Assembly: GCA_977016875.1 (NCBI GenBank)
Contig: CDRNST010000060.1
Span: 2,666,001-2,730,000, forward strand
Origin: Pavona decussata
Taxonomy: Eukaryota
Reading direction: 5' to 3'
DNA: 64,000 nt
The notes beneath the pieces are model-generated. The model was given only the letters and a program-made list of their open reading frames with translations. It did not search any database and had not been told where the DNA came from. Positions 24,539 through 38,800 of the stretch are shown in pieces. A program made the translations under genes and the position numbers. Every line of letters begins with the position of its first letter. Positions within the stretch are counted from its first letter, which is position 1.

Positions 24539-27500
24539 TCAAGGCATTCTTCTGTACTCTTTACGAGTTGGACACAAGCAAATTGTTGTAGTCAGTATCC
24601 CAATAGACAGACCGATCAAAAAAATCGGCCATAACAAGCAGTGGAACACTATAGCCTTGTAATGTTCTTTGCTTTGATTCTCCAACACCACGGCATCCGG
24701 GTCTTTAGGGTCACTGTAGCACGTGATCGCCATCCCAGGTCTCCCTCTTTGCAGCCGATAAGTTTCCAGCTCTCGTGTAGAGAGTATCCCTGAATTGCAG
24801 ATGTTTGCATGTACCTCGTAAGAGCACTAGAAGGGATATTTAAAAACAGCTTGTAAGACAGTAGCCTCTTGTGTAGTTGTTTTTGGCGAGTCATATTATT
24901 ACCATCCTTACCATGACTGGCCAGTCAGATAGCACCAAATATATAACTTTTTTCATTTCATTTTATAGAGCGGTTTCCAATTGAGTGTCGTAAAACCAAA
25001 ACCAAAGTAATTACTCTGGCCAATCGCAACAGATGTAAACAACACAACGAACCAATCAGAAATCGAAGCAAATACATGTAACTGGCGCCAAGCGCGGGAA
25101 AACGCGTGCGGCCAAAACACGATTGGTTTTGGTTTTGTTTCTCATTGGTTGAGAAAGTACTAGTGGCGCGAGTTTTGTTAACCAAGCACAGAGTGTAGTA
25201 ATGCAAAATCAAAGCAAACGCAAAATTACTTTCGACACTCAATTGAAAACCGCTCTATAAGATCAATTTAAATGATGTGATGATTTATGGTGTGATCCCA
25301 ACAGAGCTACATATCAGTTTCTCTCTTAGGGTACGTTGTTGGGGGGCTTAGAATTCCGCTAGAAGGAATACACGAAAAACATCGTACTTGTTTTCCTTTG
25401 AGACCAATACCTTTCTCGGAATGAGCAGAATAGTATTCTGTTCATTGTGACCTCGATAGCAGAACCAACAGAGTACCAGTTTGTTTGCCATGGGAAGGTT
25501 TTCGGTTAGTAATGGGAACAGGCACTATTATAATACGGTGGCCGATAGGTGCCATCCCAAAATACACCCATTATAATTTTGTATCTCTTGATAATTTTTG
25601 TATCCCGTGGTAACTTTTTATCCCATAATAAAATTTTCTCACGAGATAATTTGTCTCATCCCGTGATATAATTTTTTCCCCGAGGTAATTTTTTATCCCG
25701 TATTATAATTTTCATTCCGAGGTAATTTTTATCTAGCGATAATATTTTAATCCCGTGATAATTTTTCCAGTATCTCGTGATATTTTTTTTATCCCGTGAT
25801 AACATGACTTAATCCAGCAAACATGCCGTCACGTCTGTAATGGCTACCATCAATCGTTTACGAAGAAGCCCGTTCGGTTTTGCCATCATACATAATAAAA
25901 GTGTTGACAGGCCTAACACGACTTCTACATTTACATGAACGTCAGGACGTTGCTTTGTAATTTTGCTCTAACGAGCATATCTTTTGAGGACCTGTCTTCC
26001 TATAATAGGATTAAGAGAAAGTTCCTTACATGCATCACGGGATGAGAAATCCGGCACGGGATAAAAAAAATTATGACGGGATAAAAAAATTGTCACGGGA
26101 TAAAAAAAATATCACGGGATAAAAAAATCATCACGGGATAAAAAAAATTGTCACAGGATAATGAAATCATCTCGGGATAAAAATTATCACGAGATAAAAA
26201 ATATCACGGGATGAAACAAAATCACGAGGAAACAAAATATCACGGAATAAAAGTTATTGAGAATGGCATTGCTATGGGCCACCGTACAGTTTTGTTTTTT
26301 GGGGAGCTGGTATTGTGTTGATTTTGTTAACGGTCCCAAATCCTTAAACCGGAAAGTAGATAGGCAGAATTTTGAAGGGGAGGTTAATAGGAGGCCTACA
26401 GCGTATGCACAGGCCCTCTCGAACTCCACAAACAACTACACAAGAATTTCTGTAACAATTCAAATCAGTGAATAAACAAACAAAAAAGCAAAAATCAATT
26501 TGAGAGGAAATGCCTGACTGAATTAGATAAGATTGAATATTTGAAGTTTGTTTGTAGCTAGTTCAGTCCCAACATTCAGCAGCTACTCACAGCAAAATAT
26601 CATCTGCATTCGTTTGCCACGTGCTTCCTGTTTACGCTTTCGTTTTTTTTTTCTTGATCACATTATACCTTACTCGGTAAGGGCTAAATTAAGGCTGATG
26701 GCTGATAGCGTGTTACTATTTCAACCTTAATCTTATGCATGACCTCATTCACAAAGTGGCCACCTGTCAAAAGTATGTAGATCTGTCAGAGATCCTAGCA
26801 AACAGAAAGAAACTTCTAACTCCATGTTAAAGCAAAGCTTATTTTGAGACAATACGAATGAACAAAAATAAGTCTCAAGGCTAAGGTTTGCAATTGGATA
26901 AAATCGCGAGTCTTCATCATCAGTTGATGAACTGGTCAGGATAGTTGCTCTTAGCTCCTTATAAAGCATATTCCGTCAACTGCTCCCGAGAACTGAGTGA
27001 ACACATTTTATGAAATGATTATACACCAAATCAAAACTTTACTTTTCTTGTCAAAGATTTTCGAGTCTTACTAACTGGCCATGGGATATGTATCACACTG
27101 GAGCGAAAATAATTATAACTCATGCGTCATAAAAAAGTACTGCTTTGCGACCCGCTTCCCATCTATTCCACGATCAGCATTTTTGTTGTGTTAGAAACAT
27201 ATTTTTCATATTTCGACAGTCTTTTGTGCAACTGGACTTAACTGATGTTTCGAATTGATTAAAGGCCAAAAAGTGCCAAAAAAAAACTGGTAATAAGAAC
27301 TTACTGTCAATTAAAATTAGTGAAAGGGGCGCGAGTTAATCTATAAAACTGCTGAGTTACTTTCATTAGCATATTCGATTCTCTCGTAAGGGCTTCGCCC
27401 ATATAATCACTCGAACCACCGTGAAAAGCATGCGGGAAACGATGTCACTCTTCTAGTCAATAGCTTTAATTTTAATATTTTCCATCGGGTGACGAACAGA

Positions 27501-28107
27501 CCCAAAGTTAATATCATCTTGCACTAAGAAATAGCAGCCGAGAGCTGGAAGGTAAAGCTTCTCCGTCTTAAAAGGCCACACTCCAAATTTCAACCAACGA
27601 CTCGAAATGTAGTGTTACTTTACTTAGAATAACATTCAATGAACACGAATGAATTGAAGTTTTTGCTTTTCACCCGAAAATATTTAGTACAAATACTGTC
27701 AAAAATTACGTGTAAAACAAAACAAATGTTCTTACCTTGTCGTTCAGGTGATAGACGTCTTTTCGGAGCAAATGTTCGTATTGTTTATCAGTGGAAAAGT
27801 TGAACTTCTCGTTGATGACCTCTTCCTTGACATGTTCTCCACCACATTGTACGTAAACTTTTAGGCATGGAACCTCTTTAACATTTCCGTCACTGGTACA
27901 ACTGCAATTCCCGCTTTCACATGAAATATCGCTGTGTGTTACTCTGCAAGCTGTTTTTTTGAAGCTTAACCCTTTATGAGCTGGCCACACTTTGGTTACG
28001 GACAAGACGCCTAAGGAGAACATTCCTGTAAAGAACATCAAAATCGCCAAGGATATCGTAAATTTGAGGTAGCGAGCATACATCTTGTCTGACAGATCGA
28101 TCAGCAT
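24539..28107 (-). CDS. Calcium-activated (BK) potassium channel beta-subunit-like protein B, 2 exons, 219 aa
   Basis: Exons 28107-27736 (GTAAGA donor) and 24826-24539 (CTAG acceptor), phase 0. Two TM segments flank a Cys-rich loop with PCLKVYV, K|CSY, CYSDP and HCLLWP, typical of the CaKB/KCNMB family. Confidence 0.85.
24965..25258. mobile_element. MITE; same family at ~38764-39349 and ~55250-55833
   Basis: ATAGAGCGGTTTCCAATTGAGTGTCG / CGACACTCAATTGAAAACCGCTCTAT inverted ends. Confidence 0.85.
25534..26286. mobile_element. Foldback-like TIR element with inverted arrays of a ~20-bp ATCCCGTGATA motif
   Basis: TACGGTGGCC / GGCCACCGTA ends. The left arm repeats ATCCCGTG and the right arm repeats CACGGGAT. 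Confidence 0.8.
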
Positions 28108-29618
28108 CAGCTGATAACGATAGTGGACAAACTATTTGAAACTTCCAATTTTGCGTTGTTTTTATTCGTTCAGATGACAAATCACTTGATGTCAAAACAT
28201 TTCTCAAGGGAAAAACCCATGGTGCATGATTCTATGTTTTCACCATCTGTCATTTTCTGTCACGTATACTAAGTTCACGAGGCCTATTCGTGACCTCTTG
28301 CATAACCGACTTTCGGTCATGTTTTGTTCCGACTTGACGGAAAGTTTCCCGCGTGAACTTGGCAGAAAGTCGGTAATTATGGAAGAGGTCATGAATAGGC
28401 CTTGTGAACTTACGTACGTGACGAAAAAAAATTAAACTGAATTGGCACTGAAATTAAATGAAGCTACTGATTTAATCACTCGCGGTTTATCGAAATCTTC
28501 GTCTCGACCAAGGAATAGTCGTCTAGATTTACGACTTCCTTTCAAAAGAGGCAATCTTTAACATATTTTGGAAACTTCCACAAATTAAAAAAAAATGCAA
28601 ACGTGATTGCCTACAGGGCCGTGTCTGAGGTGAAGGTCAGGATATTTTCCAACATAAACTGTTTTTCTTTTCTTTTTTTGACAAACCATTAACCTCTTCT
28701 AACAATAACGTGATCTGGTTTTAAACTGATAAATATAGCGACATTCAATAACAAAACTAGTGAGTTGGCTATTTAAGCGTTAACTTCCATGTAAAAAAAG
28801 GCGACTAGCAAGTGGCACATTTTCTGCATGGAAATTTTCCCATGTGGAAACTATCGAGTCGCGTCTTCGACAGTTACTGATATTGGCTGCAGTCAGATAA
28901 TGTTAAATCTATATCACCACAAGGAGGATAGGAGTGAAGAATAATGTTAAACTGCTGGAACTCCATCCGTCTTTCCAGCTGCAATTGTGACGTCATCACA
29001 GGCGTAGATATCCCGGATAATAAACAACAAGCCAACTGCGATTGCTTCAGATTTTACATCCGACAAATTTTGTCACAATGTTTTAACATTAAAACAATGT
29101 TACATATATGAAATAACCAAATGGGAACTGAGACTGTTTAAGCGCCTGGAGTCATCGAAAGAGCAGGGTGGAAAAGCTTATTTAATTAAAACAAAGAGTA
29201 TCACGTGAAAATCAATGACACTTTCCGGCATCTTCCTTCAATTCAGTGTCAGAACACTATCGGTCAAAATCGATACATCCGATGATGGGAAAACTCCTAC
29301 CCAGCCCTCCAAGCTATCCCGATCAATCCCCATCAATCCCCATCAATCCGTCACTTCTCTTTTGTCAGCTTTGTGGCAATAGTCTAGAATCAAGAATAAC
29401 TTAATAATACTTCCTTGAGTAATTTCAATGTTTACCCATTCAGATGTCTTGGGAATGGGATTATTTGTTTGTAGTATTTCCAAATCAGTGTGGCTTGCAT
29501 TACACATGCTCAAACAGGTAAAGTCACGTGACCTTAAACGGGAAAACATTGGCACCAAGCATTGTGGCGAGGTATAAAGGTCATTTTTTTCTTGTAAATG
29601 CTTCGGATGTCCAATCCT

Positions 29619-31962
29619 TCAAAGATCCTGATTTAGCGACGTAATCGAAACACCTGGTAATTTCTCATAACCGTATCGGCTTGGCGAAGAATAGTAGCAC
29701 GTTGTTGTTGCTATGACAGCAACGCCCAGCAATACAATGGCCAGCGGCCACACCACATTTTGCAGGACTAGCTTGTTGTAGCTTTCTTTTGAAGCTTTCT
29801 GGCGAACGACTTGATCTGGATTTTTGGGGTTATAATAACATTTAAGGGATGATCCATGAGAAAGGCGAGGCTTGACACCATGGCCAGTTTTGTCCACGCA
29901 ATCGTCTGGCTCAAAAGTGCACTGATAAATAAAGAACATGAAAGCGTTTTTTCATTTTAATATTTTTTAAGAAGATTTTCTACAATACCTCATTTTCCCT
30001 CATGAACTCCGAGATTTAGAGAAATTGGAAGAGCACAGTATTTAGGCTGAGAGGAAGGGGGTGGGGTGAAGTCCTACTCCACAACTGTCTAAGAACAAAC
30101 AAATCCGGTTAACACACGCGATGTGAACGCGATGTGAAAAGTCTGATGGGAAGCGAGGGTAGGGGGGGGGGGGGGGGAAAGCGATGGAATTTAAGTTTAA
30201 TACTCCAAAATAATTCAAGTTACTCGGCTCCCCTTGAAATTTCCATTCTGTTTTCGAACAAAAGGATTTTTTTTTTAATCCTTTACGTGAAATTACTTTT
30301 GAGAGTTTCTTTGCCCCGAATTCAAAGCCAAAAAAGAAAAAAGAAAACAAAAGAAAGAAAGAAAAGAAACTGACAAACAAAAAGACCTGTAACCATGCAC
30401 GTTAACGGGTTTTTGAGAATGTGCGTGACTCCATGTGTCACGTTCACATTCCATGTTCACGCTCATCCGCCCCTTATTTGGACCGTGAAGAGCCTGGTCA
30501 GACCCACCCTGTGCAACACAATTAAAATTACCAAACAGGCGTTAGCTTGTTCACGGTACTTCTGTATTCCCATGACAAATGTTTTTTTTTTCAGCAGAAA
30601 CGGATACTGAAGTAATACCACTACAACAAAGAGATGCGAGTGCTTCAACTCTGTTGACGAAACCAATCATCCGTTTCTACTCCCCTCCCCCCCCTCCCCA
30701 TTGCCACCGACGCAGCACCAAAGTTTATTTAGAAAATAATCCTCTCATCTATTTCTTTTCTCATAAGATCGTTCAAAGTCTTCAGAGCGTGTACAGGATG
30801 AAAATCGCGGGAGTTTGCATGAGAACGATAACGGTCCAAAGAGGTACCAGACCAAAGGGAAGTTAAAGCTGAAACGGAAGTCACGCTCAAAGTGTACACT
30901 CATCCATGCAACTCAAGATTGGTCAGCATTTCGTATTTTTTTGTTTCTTACTCAATCATTATTTTTACTTTCCCTTTGTAATTACCATTAAAAACCAATC
31001 TGTAGCAATTGCAAAAAGTATGTCTCCGCGCTGTGATCTGAGCTGGCATTTAGGGATTTCACTCTGAAAATAGCTTCGTGTTTGGGTAAATTTTAGATTT
31101 ATTTTGAGGACAACATGTGTAGTGAGGGCAATACTCAACATCAATAGGCAGCAAAGGACCAGATATTAATGTTACAAACAGTGGAAAAGTACAATTCTAC
31201 CAAAATTTTCGAAATGTTGTCCAAATATATTGCCCAGCGCTTAGACATCTTCTTATTTTCTTCTGCCGGCGCACTGGCTAAACATTTATGCATTGACTTA
31301 GTAAAACAAAACATTAAAACTTCGAGAATTAAAGTACCAATCACAAAAGCGCTCTGTTGTTTTTTTCTTTGAACAATGACTGTATGCGAAAATCTTGCCG
31401 GGGAGCTTTGTGCGCCCTCTAAAGCCCTTGAATAAACAGAACCACAGTCATTTAAATACTAGCCTTAATTTGAACTGAAACATATGTAACACAATTCAGG
31501 GTCAACTACCATCCAATCTCGTTAACAGCAAATTCAACATTCTATTACTTTTAAGAAGTTCTGGTGTAATGATTTCAGCAAGGTAATCAAAATTTACTGG
31601 AATGTGAAGCGGGGAATTCAATACTACAGAATCGAACACGGTACCTGTTTATCGAGGCTTTGAAAATCTTTAAGCAACAAACGTGGCTGCGCTCCTTCCA
31701 GGGTTCCATTCCTTTGCGCTTCGTTTCCACACAAGACATAAATTCTTAAACACGGAAAGCTGGAATCATCGCCTTTGTTTTGCGAGCATTTCGTTTTCAT
31801 GTCCACATCACTAGACGCTATTGTACAGTTTATTTCTTTTAAGCTTTGCTCCTCGAGAGCGGGAAAAACACGGTGAAATGCAACAGCGACAAAACACACC
31901 GAACCGGCTAGGAATATTCCGACTCCAAGCAAAAGAGGTACTTGGAGCTTTGTGCAGCGCAT
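29619..31962 (-). CDS. Calcium-activated (BK) potassium channel beta-subunit-like protein A, 2 exons, 206 aa
   Basis: Exons 31962-31645 (CAG|GT) and 29921-29619 (TCAG acceptor), phase 0. Motifs FPCLRIYV, Q|CTFEP, CYYNP, VVWP and two TM helices. Intron position is the same as in gene B. Confidence 0.85.
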
Positions 31963-32061
31963 AGCTCGGTTTAATTATGCAGTCCTCCTTCGATAAGTAA
32001 GGGACAAACTATGCCACGAACGTGACGAAGCGAAAAAGTTTAATGCTGTTTAACACTCTTA

Positions 32062-32129
32062 CTTATACTCCCTGCGAAAGTAACTGATACGTCGAATTCC
32101 AGTTTCCGCACGGGGATATATTGACGTCA
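32062..32129 (-). promoter_or_regulatory. Candidate proximal promoter of KCNMB-like gene A (TATA-like + CRE)
   Basis: Minus-strand TATAAG at 32067-32062 and palindromic TGACGTCA at 32122-32129, 100-170 bp upstream of the ATG. Motif match only. Confidence 0.3.
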
Positions 32130-35100
32130 ATCAACCGGAACTACGTTTTCTTTCGGTAAAGCACAGTGGGTAAACCACTTCCGCTCGTAACTCATGGCAC
32201 GTACGCGCGACAAACAGACTTGTGAACGCTAATTTCAATAAGGTTCCTTGTTAAAAAAGATTCGCTTCTCTGCATTTTATCGGTGAATACCATTTTGATT
32301 ACATTGGGCATATGCGTGACTATCAAATGCGACACTCGTCATAAAATAGTCACCATGTCACATGTCACACGCAATTTTCGAGTGTGACTAGACAGCGTAG
32401 CCTCAGAAATGAGCGAAATCGAAATGACGAATCATCTGCTTACTGGCAACTCTCTACAGTTTATACTTTGTTGAGATTCGTTTCTGGCAAATTCGGATTT
32501 TCTAGCGTCGGCTTGAGTGGTTACCTTACAGCCAGACCCTATTTCGGACCAAATTATGCAATTTTTTGGTACCTGTACGGGAAAGTTCTACCGGCACGTA
32601 CCAGTAGACCCGAGCAAGAGCTGACTATCTATCCAAATGGTGCGTCATTTTTATTCCCCTTCACAATCTCATTTACAACCTTGACTTTCTCGGGGTCTTC
32701 TCCACGTACAATACTGAATTATATTTCTTACAACAGTGAATTATATTTTACAGAACGGAAATATACAATTATTTGCGGTTCTTTCTTGGATAAGTAAACT
32801 CTACTGTTAAGGCCAAATCCTGATTATTCTTTGTTAAACTAAATCAACATTACGTGATGCAACTACAAAGACATGCACACGCCGATAGCACTATTATGCG
32901 ACGTTACACGGCATGGATGGTTGACATTTCCTGAAAAATAATAATGTAAACCATGTAAACAAACTATCGGACAGTACCCTTTTTTCAGACCTGGGGTGAG
33001 TTGCACTGATAAAATTTAACGTCGGGCGTAACTGCTACCGCCAGACCTTCATCCCAGTCACATTCAGTATTTAAACGTCCGACGATAGCATTTACGCCCG
33101 CCGTTAAGTTTTATGCAACCCGTCCCTGGTTTGTAGAATCCATACCCGTTTTCAGACGTTCAGACCAAAATGGTTAAAAATCTATACCATATTCTATTTC
33201 AGACCTCAAAACGGGTCAAAAGCCGTATCCTTTGGCGCCGCACATTCATATATAGGTTTAGGAGAGTGCAATCTCCCCACCCTGCCCCCCCCCCCCCCCC
33301 CCCCCAGGGGAAGGACATGCTGACAACATAATCAAAGCTACAGTAGCTCGAGCTGAAAGAAAAATGCCGGTTTAACAATGTCCTATGGTATTGTGTGATC
33401 TTTCGCTAAGTTTGCAGAATTTTGTGTTTTCCTATTCCGAAGCGTTTTGCGTGGTTTGTGGGTCACGTTGAAGCGATTCCGAGGAGTTTGAGTTTCAACG
33501 GCTCAGACGGCTGTCCCTCTCTATACATACAAGCTTTACGGCACTCCACCGACGCATTACACCTTAAACTGTTCCACGTAGCTTTCAAAAACTTTTCCCC
33601 TTTTGGAAGTTCTTAATTATTCCGTGAAAGTTCTTAGCATTTTCGGCTAAAAAAAACTCACTGGAAATACTTTTCACAAAAGAGGAATCAGACTATCGAA
33701 ATTAATTAAAAATGACACTATGGGTTTAGTGATCGGTTAATCGTCGCGTGAAGTCCGCGTGCATGCAGCAGACTCGTGACATATGAAAGACCAATCTCGT
33801 TCCCAGACTCTCTCTTCTTCTCGTCTCCCTTCTTGCTCCAGAGACTCCAGAGAGACGGGAAAAGGAGAGAGTCTGCTGGAACTATGAATTGGCTAAATTT
33901 GTACAAATCCCAGAAAGCCAGGGAAAAAAGCCATTCAGGCTTTCAAGTATGCCTTCATATCCTTGCTCCCCGAGCATACTACATTAAACAGAAAAACTGT
34001 TAAAGGACTGCGCGGCCTGCAAAATGTGTTTCACTGATCCATCGACTAGTCTTAGATTTCATTTAACTAAATTCCAAGTAGGGTGCTTAAAATACCCTGA
34101 ACGTGGAAATTTTAACCGAGACAGTTGCCTCGGTTTCCTCTAGACTTCAGGCCAAAGCCCTGTCAATTTCCTGTCAATGTGGTCATTGAGGCGTGTGCAG
34201 CGTCGATTTATAATTACCGCTGGAGGTTTCGGATACTGACGACGAGATTGAATTAAATTAAATTGACTTGCAATCAGCTAGGGTTTTGATTTGTAGCATC
34301 AGTTCTATCCATAGACATAAAATGACATGCTGCGGTCCGGATGGTGAAGAGAGCGCCAGAAGCCACGTGAAGGGGCACGCCTCAGCTACAAGTTTAAAGT
34401 GTTGCTCTCGCTCGACCGAAGATTTCGCTTAACTTTTCTTTATATCTTAACCGACAGAGGCTCGTCGATAAATAAACAAAATTGCGCGACTCTCCTGCAA
34501 AGGGCCGGAATGAAAGAGCTGCTCTGAGCTGTCAAAATTTTGCTCAGCACCGTTCTTGTCAAAATGCAAATTGATAACGGCTGAGTTTCCGTAGATCTGG
34601 CGAAAACCTCCGAAGATGACCCGAACTTCATTTATTGAAAATTCAATCGCACGGGCCAATCAGTACAAGTTACCATTTGTCGGCCAATTTTGTTTTCTGT
34701 TAATTACTAGCGCGGGGTGAAAATCGGTCGATTAAAAAAATGTAGATTTTATAAAATCGGGCCGATAATTGTCGTCTAACTCATTTTCTTTGTCTAATTG
34801 ACAGGCCAAATCGGGTCTATTAATTGGTTCATGTGAATACTATTAGCTACCAGGGCCCGGTTGTTCGAAGGCTGATTAACGCCAATCCACGGTTAAAAGT
34901 TAACCGAGGTTTTCATCTCGCTCGCTAAGAATGTTTTTAAAAGGCTAATTTTAAGCTAATGGTAAAGAAAAGTTTAAGGCAAAACTAAGGGGACAAAAAT
35001 CTTTTCGAAGAATTCATATAGTAGTAAATAAACTTAAATCAAAGTTCACGTTAACCCAGGATAAGTTTAATCGGGCTATGAACAACTGGGTTTGAGCGCT

Positions 35101-35891
35101 GTCTTCGTAAGTACAAGACACTGAAAACAGGACATACAGGAACTGAAATATCGGAAGTAATAAGAAAACGGAAATGGGTTAAGCTCTTTACCAGACCTTT
35201 TTTGGCGGGAAGAGTCGACCAATGACTGACTGACTAATTTATAGCGTTAATGAACCATCTCGCGCGCGATCCCGAGCATCGTGGCTGATTATTATAGAAA
35301 CGAACAAATGATTCAACATGTTATCCATCAAGGTTTTCGTGTTTGTGACGTTATCAAATAAAGTCTATGAATAGTCCTAGATTTTGTATACTGTTTTCTA
35401 TCTTGATCCGTACCGTCGTAAAACAACACAACTAAACTGTGTTGAGTTTTATCGTTTCGAAGCAGTCATTTGGGAACAAAAGAAGCTAAAAGGTAACTTA
35501 TCAGATCGGACGCTATCTGGTGGGCCTTGACGCGTGCATCGACTTGTCGTTTTAAAGTTTTCAGAACAGCTTGTACTGATTGTCGTATTTCGATCGGAAT
35601 GCGTCAGTTACCGTATTACTGGAAGTGGTACAAAATTTGAATGCTATATAAATGGAAGGAAAGTTTCCACGTATCAATCATGACTCATTTCGGAAAAAAA
35701 TAGAACAAGTATTGCTTCCACAAAGAAGGCTCTGTCTCTGGCGATGACCGTTAATAGCGCGAAGGCCTAATTTTATAACAATTATAGAAAGAGTCGCATT
35801 GCTTGCCACGAACTGGTGAATTAACATTTCTTTTGTCTGCCTTAGTCAGCAATTTTCGCTTCTTCAACTCCTTCCGCACCAGAGAAGAATC

Positions 35892-38800
35892 ATGAAGTTA
35901 CATCATTTTTGTCTTCTCCTGATGTGGGGCATTTGCCAACAACTATGGGTAAGTTTAGAAATCTGACGAAATCTTTGATTATATACTGACGAACTGGGTC
36001 ATTTTTTTACAAACAAAGTAATTCACCTCCCTCTGCAAAATCAACCTTTTTATAATCATAATTGACTAAGCAAACCAACTGAAGATAACAAAAGCTGATT
36101 ATAAATACATTTTTCCCCCTAATATCTTGTTACTAGCGTTACGCCACGTCATCCAAAAGTATTCCCAAATTTTACCGGCGTTAATCTTTGTCAAATGTGG
36201 TGGTATTTTATCTCAACTATAATACACTGTATTGTTTCCAAATCAGTCAACGAGCGTGTTCGTAAATCACGGTTTAAATTTTGTTCCTATGTAAGATAGA
36301 AAGAACAATCTTGAATATTCATTTTTAAATCTCTTATTGTCTCGGACTAAGTTAGCGTTAACGCAATCATTTAGACTGATTTAGAGGACAAATTCGATCT
36401 ACTGCAGACAGAACAGACCCTCAAAGAAGGAATCATGAAAATCAGAAATTCTGTAACTTGTATTTTAGTAATTGATTATTAGTAATTGATTATTCAATAG
36501 GTAATATATCGTAATTTACCTGACCTCAGTCTAACAATGAAGCTGTCATGCCGGAAGATAAACAACCTGTGAAGGTCTTTTGCGAATGTGCATACATCAA
36601 TGTTATCTTGCATATATCAATGTTTACCTTTTTACATGAAATTTTGGCGACACTTAAATTAAGCGATTTTGAAAAATCCTTATTTAGCGACACTTTAATT
36701 TAGCGATTTTTCGTAAATTCTGGAACATAAGTCACTTAATTTCCGCGATTTCACGAACTGAAACATTGGCGAATTACGGTTTTCAAAACTTTTACGACGA
36801 CAATGGAACATTTATGTGATAAAATCATAAATGCCAATAGCTTTATTTAAATCAAAATCATACAATGTTCTGAAACTTAATTTTGAACGAAGCAAACGAA
36901 TTTGCAACTGTAATGTCATATCTTAATGCTGTTCTCACTCATATTAAGGTACATTGTCACACGAAGTCAATCGGCTCCTTGTAAGAGTACCTAGCCATTA
37001 TTTAGCATTCTAACGACACCGATTAAGCCCGGTAGATTTCTTCAAATGGATCAACAGGTGGTACTGGTTTGTCGCTGTTGTCAATTTCCGTTTGGCCCTC
37101 TTCACAGTTCCCTTATTTTTCCGTGGGATTCTCGAGACTGGTACGCTTCGATGGAGCTGCCGCCATCTTGCGCGAGCGTGATCTGGGGAGATTGTCTACC
37201 GAGGGGAGCGGGTATTTTTTCGCTCCCCCTCCCCGACTCAATAACCCCCACTCCGGCTCCCCTCGGTAGTTCAGACACTCTCCCCAGATCACGCTCGCTT
37301 TTACAAACCAAGATGGCGGCAACTCCCGGAAGCGTAATCCCACGTAAAAATAGCGGGACTGTGAACAGGCTAATTTCCGTGACTCCTGCTTTCTCCCATC
37401 CCTTGAGGATACATTTGCTTTCTTCTGCGCCGGTCAGATAGTCGTATGAAGCGAAAAGCCAGCCTGCGTGAATTTCCTCGTGCATTGTGTCAAGGTTTTC
37501 ATTTAGTCTAGGATTCCACAGCTCTTTATAAACGTACGTGGAAACCACGGAGTCTACATGGGAATGCAAAATTTAATACTAGCGAAGAATCCAATTCAGT
37601 TCTCAAGCTGAAATGACTGAAATGTACACGAGACATCCGATACACGTCATATCTGCGTGAAACTGACCAGATGGCGGAATTTGAATTCATATTGTACTCA
37701 CTTTTATTTAGCGAGGATTTAAAGTCAGGGACACTTAATTTTGGTGCATTTAAATTTAGCGATTTTTTAGAAAAATCGCTAAATTCGCTAATTGAAAGTG
37801 TCGCCAAAATTTCATGTAACAAGGTACATTCAATAAATCAAACAACTACAACTGAAACGTGTCCGACATAATGAAGATGTTCGATATACAGCAACAACGA
37901 AACGCGTCAGCCACTCATCAGTCTATTCTTCAGAGTTCTTTATTAGTAAACTGGAAGAATCCGAAAGAACTTTGAGTGTTCTAACCACGACAATCGAAGA
38001 ATCAGTACGCCCAAGAGCTTAACGTTGATCAGCTACCTACACCAATCACATACATACATACTTTATTTATTCCAGAAGCAGACTATATATACAAATAAAA
38101 CTGAAAACTAAGAAGAAAAGTACTTCTAGAAAGGGAAGTTTAGAGGTTAGCCCTATGCGAAAACACCCTCAATATAAATAAAAAGAAAAATAAATATACA
38201 TAAATCAAGATCTTTACAATCAAATATTTAAACACATTTTGAGCTTACATTTAAAATGCTGAAAGCTACCAGCTTCCACTACGTCGACTATTAGGCATCT
38301 TGAAAAAGCTAAGATGTCACTTGGAGGGAGTTGTAGAAGAATGTGAGAGGGATGCTGATTGGTTTTAGGAGTCGACTTCTGAACCTATTCTGATATCGAT
38401 AACGAGGAACAGGGAAGTTGAAAGACCAAGATTAGAACTTGTTCAAGAGTGAGTAGGAAATTTTACATGGAAAGGCAGGGTTTAGATGGGTTGATGTTGC
38501 CAGAATCCTTGGTATTTCAGAGGGAACTGTCCCAGAGAGTAGCATCTCGATACTGAAGGCTGTGTTTAACTGCCTCAGACAGTAGTAGAATTGGTTCAAA
38601 AAAGAAAATAGTGTAAAAAAAAAAAAGCAACTTAAATTTTTCCTTTCTTTTTTACAGGTTGTCCAGGGATGTTCTTCAAACTGCACCATAATTGAACCCG
38701 GAAGTAAGCTAGCTAAAGCTATAGATTTCTTAAACGATTTTTCCTTCTGAAGATTTAGTAGTCAGAGCGGTTTTCAATTGAGTGTGGTAAAACCAAAACC

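Noticed and set aside
24649-24894. Alternative exon 2 of KCNMB-like B using the CAG acceptor at 24790
   Set aside because: Gives the wrong frame. The acceptor before 24826 restores the CSY and WP motifs.
37046-37871. Cluster of 66-155-aa ORFs in intron 1
   Set aside because: Lie inside nested non-autonomous elements and are absent from copy 2; at most decayed transposase remnants.
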